Below, piece after piece: positions 16,946-26,016 of a stretch of 64,000 nt of DNA (position 1 is its first letter; each line of letters opens with the position of its first letter). The stretch lies in contig JAICBP010000084.1 of assembly GCA_021766785.1 (NCBI GenBank), positions 150,352 through 214,351 on the forward strand, read 5' to 3'. The notes beneath the pieces are model-generated. The model saw only the letters and a program-made list of their open reading frames with translations. It made no database searches and was not told the DNA's origin. The position numbers and the translations under genes were made by a program. This stretch comes from Sulfurimonas sp. endosymbiont of Alviniconcha boucheti. GTDB lineage: Bacteria; Campylobacterota; Campylobacteria; Campylobacterales; Sulfurimonadaceae.

Positions 16946-17842
16946 ATGAACTTTAGAAAATATATTCATGCAGTAGGAACAGGAAAAAAGGGAAATAGAG
17001 ACTTAAGTTATGAAGAGAGTCAAGATATGATGACTCAAATCTTAAATAGAAATGTCTCTAACGAAGAGATAGCCGCTTTTTTACTTGGTTGGAGACTTAA
17101 GCCTGAAACTATTGAAGAGTTTCAAGGAGCACTTACTTCTTGCGATGCTCTCATCAAAAAACAAGAGCTTACAAACTCTATAGAACTAGGCTATCCATTT
17201 GATGGTAAAGCAAAAAACCCTTATATCTTTCCACTTGTAGCAAAGGTACTCAAAGAGAGTGATTTAGGGTTAGTTGTGATGGGTGATGATAGGCAACCTG
17301 CAAAGGGTGGTATTACCATAAAAGAGATTGCCCAGAATGAAAATTTTCCTTCTAATATTCACTATTTTGATAGAGCAGACTACTTCAAAGAGCTTCATGA
17401 ACTTACTGAGGTTCGCAACAGAGTTGGGCTTCGAAGTGCTTTTAATACCATAGAAAAACTTCCTCATATCATGAAGAGTGATTATGGCATTACTGGTGTT
17501 TTTCATAAGCCCTATGTCAAAAAATATATAGCAATTTTTGCCCAACGCTACAAACGTTTTGCTCTTATACAAGGCAATGAGGGAACGCCAGAACTCTTTA
17601 GTAAGGGGCGTTTATGGATTGCCCAGAGAGATGGAGTTGAAGAGTTTATCATTGATCCTCAATATTATGGCGTTTACTATAAAAAGTCATGGGAGAAAAT
17701 CACCCTAGAAGAGTCTCTTCATCAACTACAAAACCCTTCAGATGAGTATATGAAACTCGCACGACTAAACGCCGCTATTTTCCTTTTTATAACACAAAAA
17801 GTAAACTCTATTGGTGAGGGGTATGAACATCTCAATTTATAA
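16946..17842 (+). CDS. YbiB/TrpD2-like protein (anthranilate phosphoribosyltransferase fold, catalytic motifs degenerate)
   Basis: N-terminus FRKYIHAVGTGKKGNRDLSYEE...EEIAAFLLGWRLKPET resembles E. coli YbiB as I recall it. The TrpD GTGGD and KHGNR motifs are replaced (GYPFDGK, VMGDDRQ). Later matches: RVGLRSAFNTIEKL and QGNEGTPE. Confidence 0.6.
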   Translation: MNFRKYIHAVGTGKKGNRDLSYEESQDMMTQILNRNVSNEEIAAFLLGWRLKPETIEEFQGALTSCDALIKKQELTNSIELGYPFDGKAKNPYIFPLVAKVLKESDLGLVVMGDDRQPAKGGITIKEIAQNENFPSNIHYFDRADYFKELHELTEVRNRVGLRSAFNTIEKLPHIMKSDYGITGVFHKPYVKKYIAIFAQRYKRFALIQGNEGTPELFSKGRLWIAQRDGVEEFIIDPQYYGVYYKKSWEKITLEESLHQLQNPSDEYMKLARLNAAIFLFITQKVNSIGEGYEHLNL

Positions 17843-17922
17843 GTTTCCTAACTACCTTATCTCTTAGAACAGAGTAACTATTAACAAATATACAATAATT
17901 ACATATAAAGGAAAACAATATT

Positions 17923-18918
17923 ATGAAAAATGAAATATTATCAAGAATACAGAAAAAATTTCCACTTGTTTCCAAACCCTTTGCAGTGATAGCTCAAGAG
18001 CTAAATATGAGTGAAGAGGAGGTTTTATCGATCCTACAACAAGAGAAAAATGATGGTATCATTAGACAGACATCTGCTATCTTTGATACTAAACGCCTTG
18101 GTTATAAATCCTCACTTGTCGCATTTAAAATGCCTCCAGAGCTTATAGATAGTGCAGTAAAAATCATAAACTCACATCCAGGTATCTCTCATAACTATGA
18201 ACGTAACCATGAGTTTAATATCTGGTTTACACTTGGTGTTGCACCTACAAGTAAGCTAGGACTAGATAAAACTGTAGCTCTCATTGCAAAACTCACACAT
18301 GCACAAGAGTATATTATGCTACCAACACTCAAGCTTTTCAAAATAAATGTAAAACTCAACACCACTGGAAAAGATGAAAAAAAAGAGAAGGTAAAAAAAG
18401 TTATCCATAAAGATATAGAACTCACAAAACTTCATCGTGATATTATTCGTTTAGTACAATATGACATTGATATAGTGAGTGAACCTTTTGCTAAAATTGT
18501 AAAAGAAGTCGGTACAGACTATAAAACCTTTTTTTCCATTTTGCAAGAGTTACAAGAGGCTGGAATTATGAGAAGATTTGCTTCCATTTTGAACCATAGA
18601 AAAGCAGGTTTTAATGCAAATGCTATGGTAGTATGGGATATAGACGAAAAACAAGGAGAAAAAATAGGAGCAGATGCAGCCGCATTCAGTGCTGTTAGTC
18701 ACTGTTACCTTCGACCAAAATATAGTAATTGGCCATATAATCTTTTTACAATGATCCATGCAAAAACGACAGAGGAGTCAGACAAAATCATACAAGAGAT
18801 GGCAAAAGAGATTCCCAATAAATCCTATATGCCCCTCTACTCCTCAAGAGAGTTTAAAAAAGTACGCATAGAGTACTTTACTTCTTCATCAAAAGAGTGG
18901 GAAGCACTGTACACATAA
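17923..18918 (+). CDS. fused NirD/NirL-type siroheme decarboxylase (two AsnC/Lrp-like modules)
   Basis: 331 aa with two repeats of HTH plus ligand-domain architecture (ILSRIQKKFPLVSKPFAVIAQEL... and LHRDIIRLVQYDIDIVSEPFAKIVKEV...). Confidence 0.8.
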   Translation: MKNEILSRIQKKFPLVSKPFAVIAQELNMSEEEVLSILQQEKNDGIIRQTSAIFDTKRLGYKSSLVAFKMPPELIDSAVKIINSHPGISHNYERNHEFNIWFTLGVAPTSKLGLDKTVALIAKLTHAQEYIMLPTLKLFKINVKLNTTGKDEKKEKVKKVIHKDIELTKLHRDIIRLVQYDIDIVSEPFAKIVKEVGTDYKTFFSILQELQEAGIMRRFASILNHRKAGFNANAMVVWDIDEKQGEKIGADAAAFSAVSHCYLRPKYSNWPYNLFTMIHAKTTEESDKIIQEMAKEIPNKSYMPLYSSREFKKVRIEYFTSSSKEWEALYT

Positions 18919-18922
18919 AGTC

Positions 18923-19501
18923 CTACTCTTTCCATCCTCTTATATACTCTTTTGCTTTAGTATCAAGCATCTTCATTCGCTCTTTACCTTTTGGCAAAGA
19001 GGCACGTAGCTCTCTCATCTCTTCTAAAAAAGTATTAATTCCATCAGGGATAAGCCCCTCCAAATAGATGCGAAAATGCTTTGCAAATGCAGGAGAACTA
19101 CCAGATGTAGAAACAGCAATAGTCAAATCTTCATTTTTTATCAAAGATGGAAAAATAAAATCACAATACTCAATAGAATCAACACTATTACACAAGCATT
19201 TATAATCTTGAGACTCATTGTAAATACTTTTTTGCAATCCAATATCATCTATAGCAACAACAACCATGCTCATATCTTTGATATCACCTTTTTTATAAGC
19301 TCTCTTCTCATAAAAAAGTTTCTCTTCTTTTATCACTGCTAAAATCTCAGGAGAGAATTCTAAAGCAATAATGACTATATCTTTTGTAAAGATAAGCAGT
19401 TTTTCTAATTTTTCTAAGGCGATATTACCAGCTCCAACTAAAAGTACCTTTTTATTATCAAATTTTATAAAGGCGGGAAAGTAACTCATAGCGTCACACA
19501 T
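18923..19501 (-). CDS. precorrin-2 dehydrogenase / sirohydrochlorin ferrochelatase (SirC/Met8/CysG-N type)
   Basis: FPAFIKFDNKKVLLVGAGNIALEKL Rossmann motif. The start is either ATG 19501 or 19489. The tracked start at 19546 is probably over-extended. Confidence 0.8.
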   Translation of the reverse strand: MCDAMSYFPAFIKFDNKKVLLVGAGNIALEKLEKLLIFTKDIVIIALEFSPEILAVIKEEKLFYEKRAYKKGDIKDMSMVVVAIDDIGLQKSIYNESQDYKCLCNSVDSIEYCDFIFPSLIKNEDLTIAVSTSGSSPAFAKHFRIYLEGLIPDGINTFLEEMRELRASLPKGKERMKMLDTKAKEYIRGWKE

Positions 19502-19688
19502 AGTATAAAAGTGAAGAGAGTGATAGAGCAAATAAGAATGTAGCACCTACTAAAATAGTTCTCCTTCTTCTTTCACTTAGACCATATTTTACACCTAAAT
19601 ATTCACTAGCCTTAATCCCTGGAAATATACTAAAGAGGTACATTGGAAATGTCATCACAAGTATTATTACAATATCATTTGCTATCAT
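19494..19688 (-). CDS. small two-TM membrane protein
   Basis: 64 aa, directly upstream of and coupled to the sirC-like gene. Confidence 0.45.
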   Translation of the reverse strand: MIANDIVIILVMTFPMYLFSIFPGIKASEYLGVKYGLSERRRRTILVGATFLFALSLSSLLYYV

Positions 19689-19722
19689 TAGTTCGCTTCC
19701 CTTACTTTGAAGTATTTAAAAT

Positions 19723-20103
19723 TTAAATACCATAAAACTTTTTCACCCAAGCACTCTCTTTCGGCGTTTGTATATAAATCTTTGCTATACTTTGGTTATT
19801 ATCCCCAAATACCACAACTACATCTTTTTCTATTTTTAGATGCTTTTTACCCCACTCTTCATCTAACTCATCCAAACGTAAAAGAACGTCAGCAGCATTT
19901 GGTTTCTCTTTTCTTCCATCTCGAGAATCTACTATAGTAAGTCCACCTATTCGTTTCTCCAACTTATAGGGGGAGTACACTTTTATCGCCTTATAAATTC
20001 TATCTTCTTTTGCAACTGGCATCGCTCTTTTCATAGAGACAAAACCAAGTATCAAAAATGCAGATATTAATCCAATAAAAATTCCCTGTTTTATATTCAT
20101 CAA
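19723..20103 (-). CDS. hypothetical exported/anchored protein
   Basis: 126 aa with an N-terminal TM/signal segment. First gene downstream of the bidirectional Fnr-box promoter. Confidence 0.55.
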   Translation of the reverse strand: MMNIKQGIFIGLISAFLILGFVSMKRAMPVAKEDRIYKAIKVYSPYKLEKRIGGLTIVDSRDGRKEKPNAADVLLRLDELDEEWGKKHLKIEKDVVVVFGDNNQSIAKIYIQTPKESAWVKKFYGI

Positions 20104-20157
20104 TATATCCTAATTTCTAAAGTAACTAATGATAGCATATAGTTGTATATATTCAAA

Positions 20158-20171
20158 TTGATTTGTATCAA
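20158..20171. promoter_or_regulatory. Crp/Fnr-type box TTGATTTGTATCAA serving divergent promoters
   Basis: Perfect palindrome. Plus strand: TGaTACAAT with its hexamer at 20194-20199. Minus strand: TGcTATCAT with its hexamer at 20134-20129. Both are about 30 nt from the box centre. Confidence 0.7.
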
Positions 20172-20231
20172 ACTATATTAACCTTTGTGATGATACAATC
20201 AATTTATATTTAAACACAGTAGGATTTTCAT

Positions 20232-20627
20232 ATGCAAAGATTTTTTGAACTTGAGATAGCATATCTAGTTATTATGCTCTTTTTTCTCGCAGTAACTGCT
20301 TTTGTGACGACACGAGAGTTTATGCCAAAAGTTGCTTTTAAAAGAGGAGTACTTGGGATAAGTGCTATTTTTATGATTATGATAAGCATACACTATATAC
20401 TCACTACTCAAAGAATGGAAGGGGTAGTTGCTATTTTTAATCAGGGAAAAACTGTTATATGTGAAAATAAAATGCATCGTACTATTTCTCAGTCTGTACT
20501 TATTTCCAAAGAATTAGGTTGGCGTTTGGAGGGTGATTACTTTAAAAATAATAATTTTAAGAGAGACTTTTTCACAGCCCGTTGTGTAGATTACTCACCA
20601 ATCGCTCCAAAAACAGTAGAGAAATAA
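20232..20627 (+). CDS. hypothetical membrane protein
   Basis: 131 aa with two N-terminal TM helices. Confidence 0.5.
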   Translation: MQRFFELEIAYLVIMLFFLAVTAFVTTREFMPKVAFKRGVLGISAIFMIMISIHYILTTQRMEGVVAIFNQGKTVICENKMHRTISQSVLISKELGWRLEGDYFKNNNFKRDFFTARCVDYSPIAPKTVEK

Positions 20628-20630
20628 CAG

Positions 20631-20786
20631 GTGATAATAGTACTTAAGCGCTACTCAATAGCACTACTTGCTCTCTCCTTTGTCATTTTATTAATGCTTG
20701 GAGGCACACTTGCTGTCAAAAGTTTTGGTGATAAAATGTTTAAAGATACAAATATCACTATTACACCAAAAGGTATTCATATATGA
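20631..20786 (+). CDS. possible 51-aa membrane-anchored peptide
   Basis: GTG start 3 nt after the preceding stop. VIIVLKRYSIALLALSFVILLMLGGTLAVKSF..., one TM helix. Confidence 0.3.
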   Translation: MIIVLKRYSIALLALSFVILLMLGGTLAVKSFGDKMFKDTNITITPKGIHI

Positions 20787-20787
20787 C

Positions 20788-20829
20788 TATATTTTAATCA
20801 TATATTAAAAGTAATATGATTAAAATATA
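20788..20829. repeat. perfect 16-bp inverted repeat (tatattttaatcatat / atatgattaaaatata) with a 10-nt spacer
   Basis: Read directly from the sequence. Lies between the small ORF's stop (20786) and the narK -10 element (TATAAT 20865-20870). Confidence 0.8.
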
Positions 20830-20907
20830 ATCAAACTCTTGCCTTTATTCCTTATCTTTTTTATTATAATTATGCCAACAATTTAAATTTTTTACAGGAG
20901 AAATTTT

Positions 20908-22194
20908 ATGGCAGGATTTAAAGATCTGAAGGGTCAAGGAGATACACCAACCTTATTTATGGCTTTTTTGTACTTCGATATGAGTTTTATGGTGTGGACT
21001 ATGCTTGGTCCTCTCTCTACTGAAATAGCTGAAGCATTAGCACTTGGTGGAAATATTTTAACAGCAAGTGAAAAAGCAACACTTCTATCTCTTCCTATAC
21101 TTTCAGGAGCAATTCTTAGAATAATACTTGGATTTGGTGTTGATAAACTTGGTGCAAAAATGACCGCACTTATATCACAAATAATCGTTATTCTTTCACT
21201 ATTAACAGCTTTTTATATGGGTTTAAATAACTCTATTACTTATGAAGTTCTTCTTATTGTTGCACTTGGTCTTGGGTTTGCTGGTGCATCATTTGCAGTG
21301 GCACTTCCACAAGCTGGTCAATGGTACCCACCAAAACTTCAAGGAGTCGTTTTAGGTATTGCTGGAGCTGGTAACATCGGTGTAGTTATAGACTTTATTT
21401 TTGCTCCAAAGATAGCTGAACACTTTGGTTGGTATGCTGTCTTTGGTGTTGGTGCAGCTATGGCAATAGTTGTCTTTATCGCTTATGCTTTCTTGGCAAA
21501 AAATGCTCCTTCAGATATTTACACAGTTCGCCCTAAAAAAGTAAAAGAGTATATCAAACTTATGGGAGATAGAGATACTTGGTGGTTCTCACTCTTCTAT
21601 GCTATCTCTTTTGGTGGATTTGTTGGTTTTGCTGGATATATGAAAGTTTATCTTATGAATACTTACCAAACTGATATGTCAACGTTTGGTTTAAATGTAT
21701 TTGATGAGTCAAATGTAAAAGTGATTGCTGGATACTTCGGTGCACTTTGTATCTTTGCAGGTGCAGTTCTTCGCCCTGTAGGTGGTAATACAGCTGACAA
21801 ATTTGGTGGTGTAAAATCACTCTACGTTTTTTATGGTATGGTAGCTACTCTTGTAGCTCTTATAGCTCTAATTGACTTACCATTTTATGCGGCTATTTTT
21901 GTTCTTTTTCTTATCATGGCTAACCTTGGTATGGCAAATGGTGCAGTTTTCCAACTTGTACCACAACGCTTTAGTAAAGATATTGGAATAATGACTGGAC
22001 TTGTTGGTTGTGCTGGTGGTCTTGGTGGAACAGCTCTTATCAAAACTCTTGGATGGTCTAAAGGTACATTTGGTAACTATACAGAAGGCTTCTTAATTTT
22101 CACAGCAGTTGTACTTATAGCAATAATTGGTCTCTCTCTTGTAAAAACAAGATGGAGAACAACTTGGGGTATTCAAGCTGGTGGCAGGATCTAA
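20908..22194 (+). CDS. narK: MFS nitrate/nitrite transporter
   Basis: 428 aa, 12 TM, NarK-like G-rich motifs (GAILRIILGFGVDKLGAK, GLVGCAGGLGG). Confidence 0.88.
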   Translation: MAGFKDLKGQGDTPTLFMAFLYFDMSFMVWTMLGPLSTEIAEALALGGNILTASEKATLLSLPILSGAILRIILGFGVDKLGAKMTALISQIIVILSLLTAFYMGLNNSITYEVLLIVALGLGFAGASFAVALPQAGQWYPPKLQGVVLGIAGAGNIGVVIDFIFAPKIAEHFGWYAVFGVGAAMAIVVFIAYAFLAKNAPSDIYTVRPKKVKEYIKLMGDRDTWWFSLFYAISFGGFVGFAGYMKVYLMNTYQTDMSTFGLNVFDESNVKVIAGYFGALCIFAGAVLRPVGGNTADKFGGVKSLYVFYGMVATLVALIALIDLPFYAAIFVLFLIMANLGMANGAVFQLVPQRFSKDIGIMTGLVGCAGGLGGTALIKTLGWSKGTFGNYTEGFLIFTAVVLIAIIGLSLVKTRWRTTWGIQAGGRI

Positions 22195-22209
22195 CTCCTA
22201 CTTCTCTTC

Positions 22210-22241
22210 ATAACACCTCTTAATGGTGTTATATTTGTTTT
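22210..22241 (+). terminator. rho-independent terminator after narK
   Basis: Stem ataacacc/ggtgttat, 7-nt loop, followed by atttgtttt. Confidence 0.65.
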
Positions 22242-22262
22242 GCTTATAATTTTTTTAATTTC

Positions 22263-22276
22263 TTGATATTAATCAA
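22263..22276. promoter_or_regulatory. Crp/Fnr-type box TTGATATTAATCAA upstream of the nap operon
   Basis: Perfect palindrome. Extended -10 TGaTATACT (hexamer 22299-22304) at class II distance. napA ATG at 22372. Confidence 0.7.
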
Positions 22277-22371
22277 TTTTCTTAATTTCACATAGTGATA
22301 TACTTTGAACATGTTAATGAACAGAGTTATGCCCTAACAATTAACAAAAAAATTATCAAATAGGAGAGAAT

Positions 22372-25209
22372 ATGTCACTTTCAAGAAGGAATTTTCTGAA
22401 AAATTCAGCAGCGGCATCTGCGGCGGCAGCTATTGGTATGAGTGTACCAGCAGAGCTAAAAGCAAATGCAGATACAGCTGAGAGTGGTTGGAGATGGGAT
22501 AAGGCAGCTTGTCGTTTCTGCGGTACTGGTTGTGGAATTATGATGGCAACAAAAAATGGGAAAATTGTTGCAGTTAAAGGAGATCCAGCAGCACCAGTAA
22601 ATCGTGGTCTAAACTGTATTAAAGGGTATTTTAATGCAAAAATCATGTATGGTGCAGATAGATTAACCAAGCCCCTACTTCGAATGAATGATAAGGGTGA
22701 GTTTGATAAGCATGGTAAGTTTGGGGAAATTACCTGGCAAAGAGCCTTCGATGAGATGGAGAAGCATATCCGAAAGGCACTCAAAGAGAGTGGACCTGAA
22801 GGTGTAGCTGTATTTGCTTCTGGGCAGTACACTATTATGGAGGGATATGCTGCACAAAAGATGATGAAAGGTGGATTTAGATCAAACGCCATCGATCCAA
22901 ATGCTCGTCACTGTATGGCTTCAGCTGTTGTTGGCTTTTACCAAACTTTTGGTATTGATGAACCAAGTGGTTGTTATGATGATATTGAGCTTACAGATAC
23001 AGTAGTCTCTTGGGGATCAAATATGGCAGAGATGCACCCTATTCTCTGGTCACGTGTAACAGATCGAAAACTCTCTGATCCTAATCGGGTTAAAGTTGTT
23101 AACATCTCTACTTACAGACATAGAACTTCTGATCTAGCTGATATGGAAATTATTTTTACACCAAATACTGACCTTGCTATGTGGAACTATATAGCGCATG
23201 AGATTGTCTATAATCATCCAGAAGCTATTGATTGGGATTTTTTAAAGAAAAATATCATTTTTGCAGCTAGTCCAGTCAATATGGGATATGGTTTGCGTCG
23301 TGCTGGTGAAAAGTCTCTTACTCCTGTACGTAAAGATGGTTCAGCAGGAAACTATACAGCTAAAGAGATGGAGACAATAAACCATGAGATGGTACATAAA
23401 GTATCTGCAGCAGAAGCACCAGCTTTAGAGCCTTATGGCTACAAAGAGGGTGACAATATGGTAAATAAGCCAGCAGGACTTAAACACTGGGAGATCTCTT
23501 TTGATGAGTATAAAAAGTTTCTTAAGCCATACACACTTGATTATGTGGCAAAAGTTGCAAAGGGTGATCCAGACGAATCACTTGACTCATTCAAGAAAAA
23601 ACTACAAACTTTAGCAGACTTATATATTGAAAAAGGTAGAAAGGTAGTATCTTTCTGGACTATGGGTATGAACCAGCATACACGTGGAACTTGGGTAAAT
23701 ACACTCTCCTATAATATTCACTTTATGCTTAACAAACAAGCGCTCCCAGGTTCAGGAGCATTTAGCCTTACAGGGCAACCATCTGCATGTGGTACAGCTC
23801 GTGAAGTTGGTACATTTTGCCATCGTTTACCAGCTGATATGATGGTAAAAAATCCACACCATAGAAAGAAAACAGAGCATGGTTGGCATATTCCAGAAGG
23901 AACTCTTAATCCAGTCGGAAATCAGCATATTATGAAAATTCATCGTGATATTGAAGATGGTCTTGTAAAATTTGCATGGGTAAATGTATGTAACGCTTAC
24001 CAAGATTCTGCTTCTGCAAAACATTGGATTAAGGCAGCTCGTGAACTTGATAACTTCATTGTTACATCTGATGGTTACCCTGGTATCTCTGCCATGGTCT
24101 CAGATATGGTTCTCCCATCTGCTATGATTTATGAAAAGTGGGGAGCATATGGAAATGCCGAACGCCGTTCACAACACTGGAGACAACAAGTACTTCCTGT
24201 AGGTGATGCAATGAGTGATACTTGGCAGTGGATGGAACTTTCAAAACGTTTCACTGTCAAAGATTTATGGGGAGCATACACACTTAGAAATGGTAAAAAA
24301 CTTCCAGATGTAAGAGAAGCAGCTCATAAATTAGGTTACAAAGATGATACAACAATGTATGAGATTCTTTATGCAAATGAGCGTGCAAAGAAAAACTACC
24401 CTATTACACTCAATAAATTTCCACAAAAAGGGTATGATAACTCTGATTGTAATGGCGATAGCAGAAATGTAATTGGTGGTGATGGTAAAGTTGTTAAGGG
24501 TTGTGGCTTTATGGTGCATGAGTATCTTTGGGAAGAGTATGCTGCGTTTGGTCGTGGTCACGGTCATGATTTGGCTGACTTTGTTACTTACCATAAGGTT
24601 CGTGGACTTAAATGGCCAGTTGTAGATGGCAAAGAGACTCCTTGGCGTTTTAATGTCAAATACGATCCATATGCAGCAGCAGCAGTAGCAAAATCTGGTA
24701 GTAAATCGACACATGCATTCTATGGTCCTCTTGCAAAGGCTCTCCCTTATGGTGATTTACATGGAGTAAAAAATAAGAAAAAAACATCTCTAAAAGATAA
24801 AGCAAAAATCTTTGCACGTCCATACATGGAGCCACCTGAAGTGCCAAATGAAGAGTATGACACATGGTTATGTACAGGTCGTGTACTTGAACACTGGCAC
24901 TCAGGAACTATGACTATGCGTGTCCCTGAACTTTTCCGTGCAGTACCAGAAGCTCTGTGCTATATGAACCCTAAAACAGCTAAAGAGAAAGGGCTTAAGC
25001 AAGGAGAACTCTGTTGGGTTGAATCTCGCCGTGGTCGTGTAAAAGCCCATGTTGAGACTCGTGGTAGAAATAGACCTCCTCGTGGACTCGTTTTTATACC
25101 ATGGTTTGATGAAAAAGTATTTATCAACAAAGTCTGTCTTGATGCGACTTGTCCTCAGTCAAAACAGACAGATTACAAAAAATGTGCTGTAAAAATTTAC
25201 AAAGCATAA
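22372..25209 (+). CDS. napA: periplasmic nitrate reductase catalytic subunit
   Basis: Tat signal [18 protein letters not shown]-terminal 4Fe-4S Cys motif CRFCGTGCG, 945-aa molybdopterin enzyme. Confidence 0.96.
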   Translation: MSLSRRNFLKNSAAASAAAAIGMSVPAELKANADTAESGWRWDKAACRFCGTGCGIMMATKNGKIVAVKGDPAAPVNRGLNCIKGYFNAKIMYGADRLTKPLLRMNDKGEFDKHGKFGEITWQRAFDEMEKHIRKALKESGPEGVAVFASGQYTIMEGYAAQKMMKGGFRSNAIDPNARHCMASAVVGFYQTFGIDEPSGCYDDIELTDTVVSWGSNMAEMHPILWSRVTDRKLSDPNRVKVVNISTYRHRTSDLADMEIIFTPNTDLAMWNYIAHEIVYNHPEAIDWDFLKKNIIFAASPVNMGYGLRRAGEKSLTPVRKDGSAGNYTAKEMETINHEMVHKVSAAEAPALEPYGYKEGDNMVNKPAGLKHWEISFDEYKKFLKPYTLDYVAKVAKGDPDESLDSFKKKLQTLADLYIEKGRKVVSFWTMGMNQHTRGTWVNTLSYNIHFMLNKQALPGSGAFSLTGQPSACGTAREVGTFCHRLPADMMVKNPHHRKKTEHGWHIPEGTLNPVGNQHIMKIHRDIEDGLVKFAWVNVCNAYQDSASAKHWIKAARELDNFIVTSDGYPGISAMVSDMVLPSAMIYEKWGAYGNAERRSQHWRQQVLPVGDAMSDTWQWMELSKRFTVKDLWGAYTLRNGKKLPDVREAAHKLGYKDDTTMYEILYANERAKKNYPITLNKFPQKGYDNSDCNGDSRNVIGGDGKVVKGCGFMVHEYLWEEYAAFGRGHGHDLADFVTYHKVRGLKWPVVDGKETPWRFNVKYDPYAAAAVAKSGSKSTHAFYGPLAKALPYGDLHGVKNKKKTSLKDKAKIFARPYMEPPEVPNEEYDTWLCTGRVLEHWHSGTMTMRVPELFRAVPEALCYMNPKTAKEKGLKQGELCWVESRRGRVKAHVETRGRNRPPRGLVFIPWFDEKVFINKVCLDATCPQSKQTDYKKCAVKIYKA

Positions 25210-25230
25210 TATAAAAAGAGAAAAAAGAGA

Positions 25231-26016
25231 ATGAAAAAGCTTAGTGAGAGAAGAGAGTTTTTATTAACAATGGCAAGAGGTATTGGATTAGCTTCTATAG
25301 GTGGACTCGTATGGAGTGCTTACCTTGATAAGGCAGTATCTGCACCACTTCTTCTTCGCCCACCTGCGGCACTAAGTGAGAGTGATTTTTTAGCAACATG
25401 TATCAAGTGTGGACTCTGTGTTGAAGCATGTCCATATGACACTCTTATGCTAGCAAAGCCTGGTGATGAAAGACCTTTAGGAACACCTTTTTTTATTCCT
25501 AGAGATATACCTTGTTATATGTGTCCAGATATTCCATGTGTTCCAGTATGTCCTACTGGAGCACTTGATGAGTCTAGTGTCACAACGCATGGCGTTCTAG
25601 ATATAGGTGTAGCCAACATGGGTCTAGCCGTTGTTGATGAGGAGAGCTGTATCGCCTTTTGGGGAATTCAGTGTGATGCTTGTTATAGAGCATGCCCTAT
25701 CTTAGGTGAAGCGATTACTATTGAGTATTCAAAAAATGAGAGAACAGGAAAACATGCTTTTTTAAAACCAGTAGTCCATGCAGATGCTTGTACTGGATGC
25801 GGGCTTTGTGAACATGCTTGTGTAACAAAAAAACCAGCTATTTTTGTACTACCAAATGAGATAGCACAAGGATCTGTAGATACACACTACATAAGAGGTT
25901 GGGACACAAAAGATGAGAATCGTCTTGAAAAAGCACAAGAGATAAAGACAACTACTAACATAAGCAAGAAAAAGGCAGTTGATTCACTCAACTCAAATCT
26001 GGAGGATCTCTACTGA
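25231..26016 (+). CDS. napG: periplasmic nitrate reductase ferredoxin-type subunit
   Basis: Tat-like RREFLL and four CxxCxxCxxxCP-type motifs. Confidence 0.9.
   Translation: MKKLSERREFLLTMARGIGLASIGGLVWSAYLDKAVSAPLLLRPPAALSESDFLATCIKCGLCVEACPYDTLMLAKPGDERPLGTPFFIPRDIPCYMCPDIPCVPVCPTGALDESSVTTHGVLDIGVANMGLAVVDEESCIAFWGIQCDACYRACPILGEAITIEYSKNERTGKHAFLKPVVHADACTGCGLCEHACVTKKPAIFVLPNEIAQGSVDTHYIRGWDTKDENRLEKAQEIKTTTNISKKKAVDSLNSNLEDLY

Noticed and set aside
22356-22892. 178-aa minus-strand ORF overlapping the napA 5' end
   Set aside because: It is the mirror frame of the napA Tat-signal/4Fe-4S region (Ala/Pro/Ser-rich nonsense), and napA is unambiguous.
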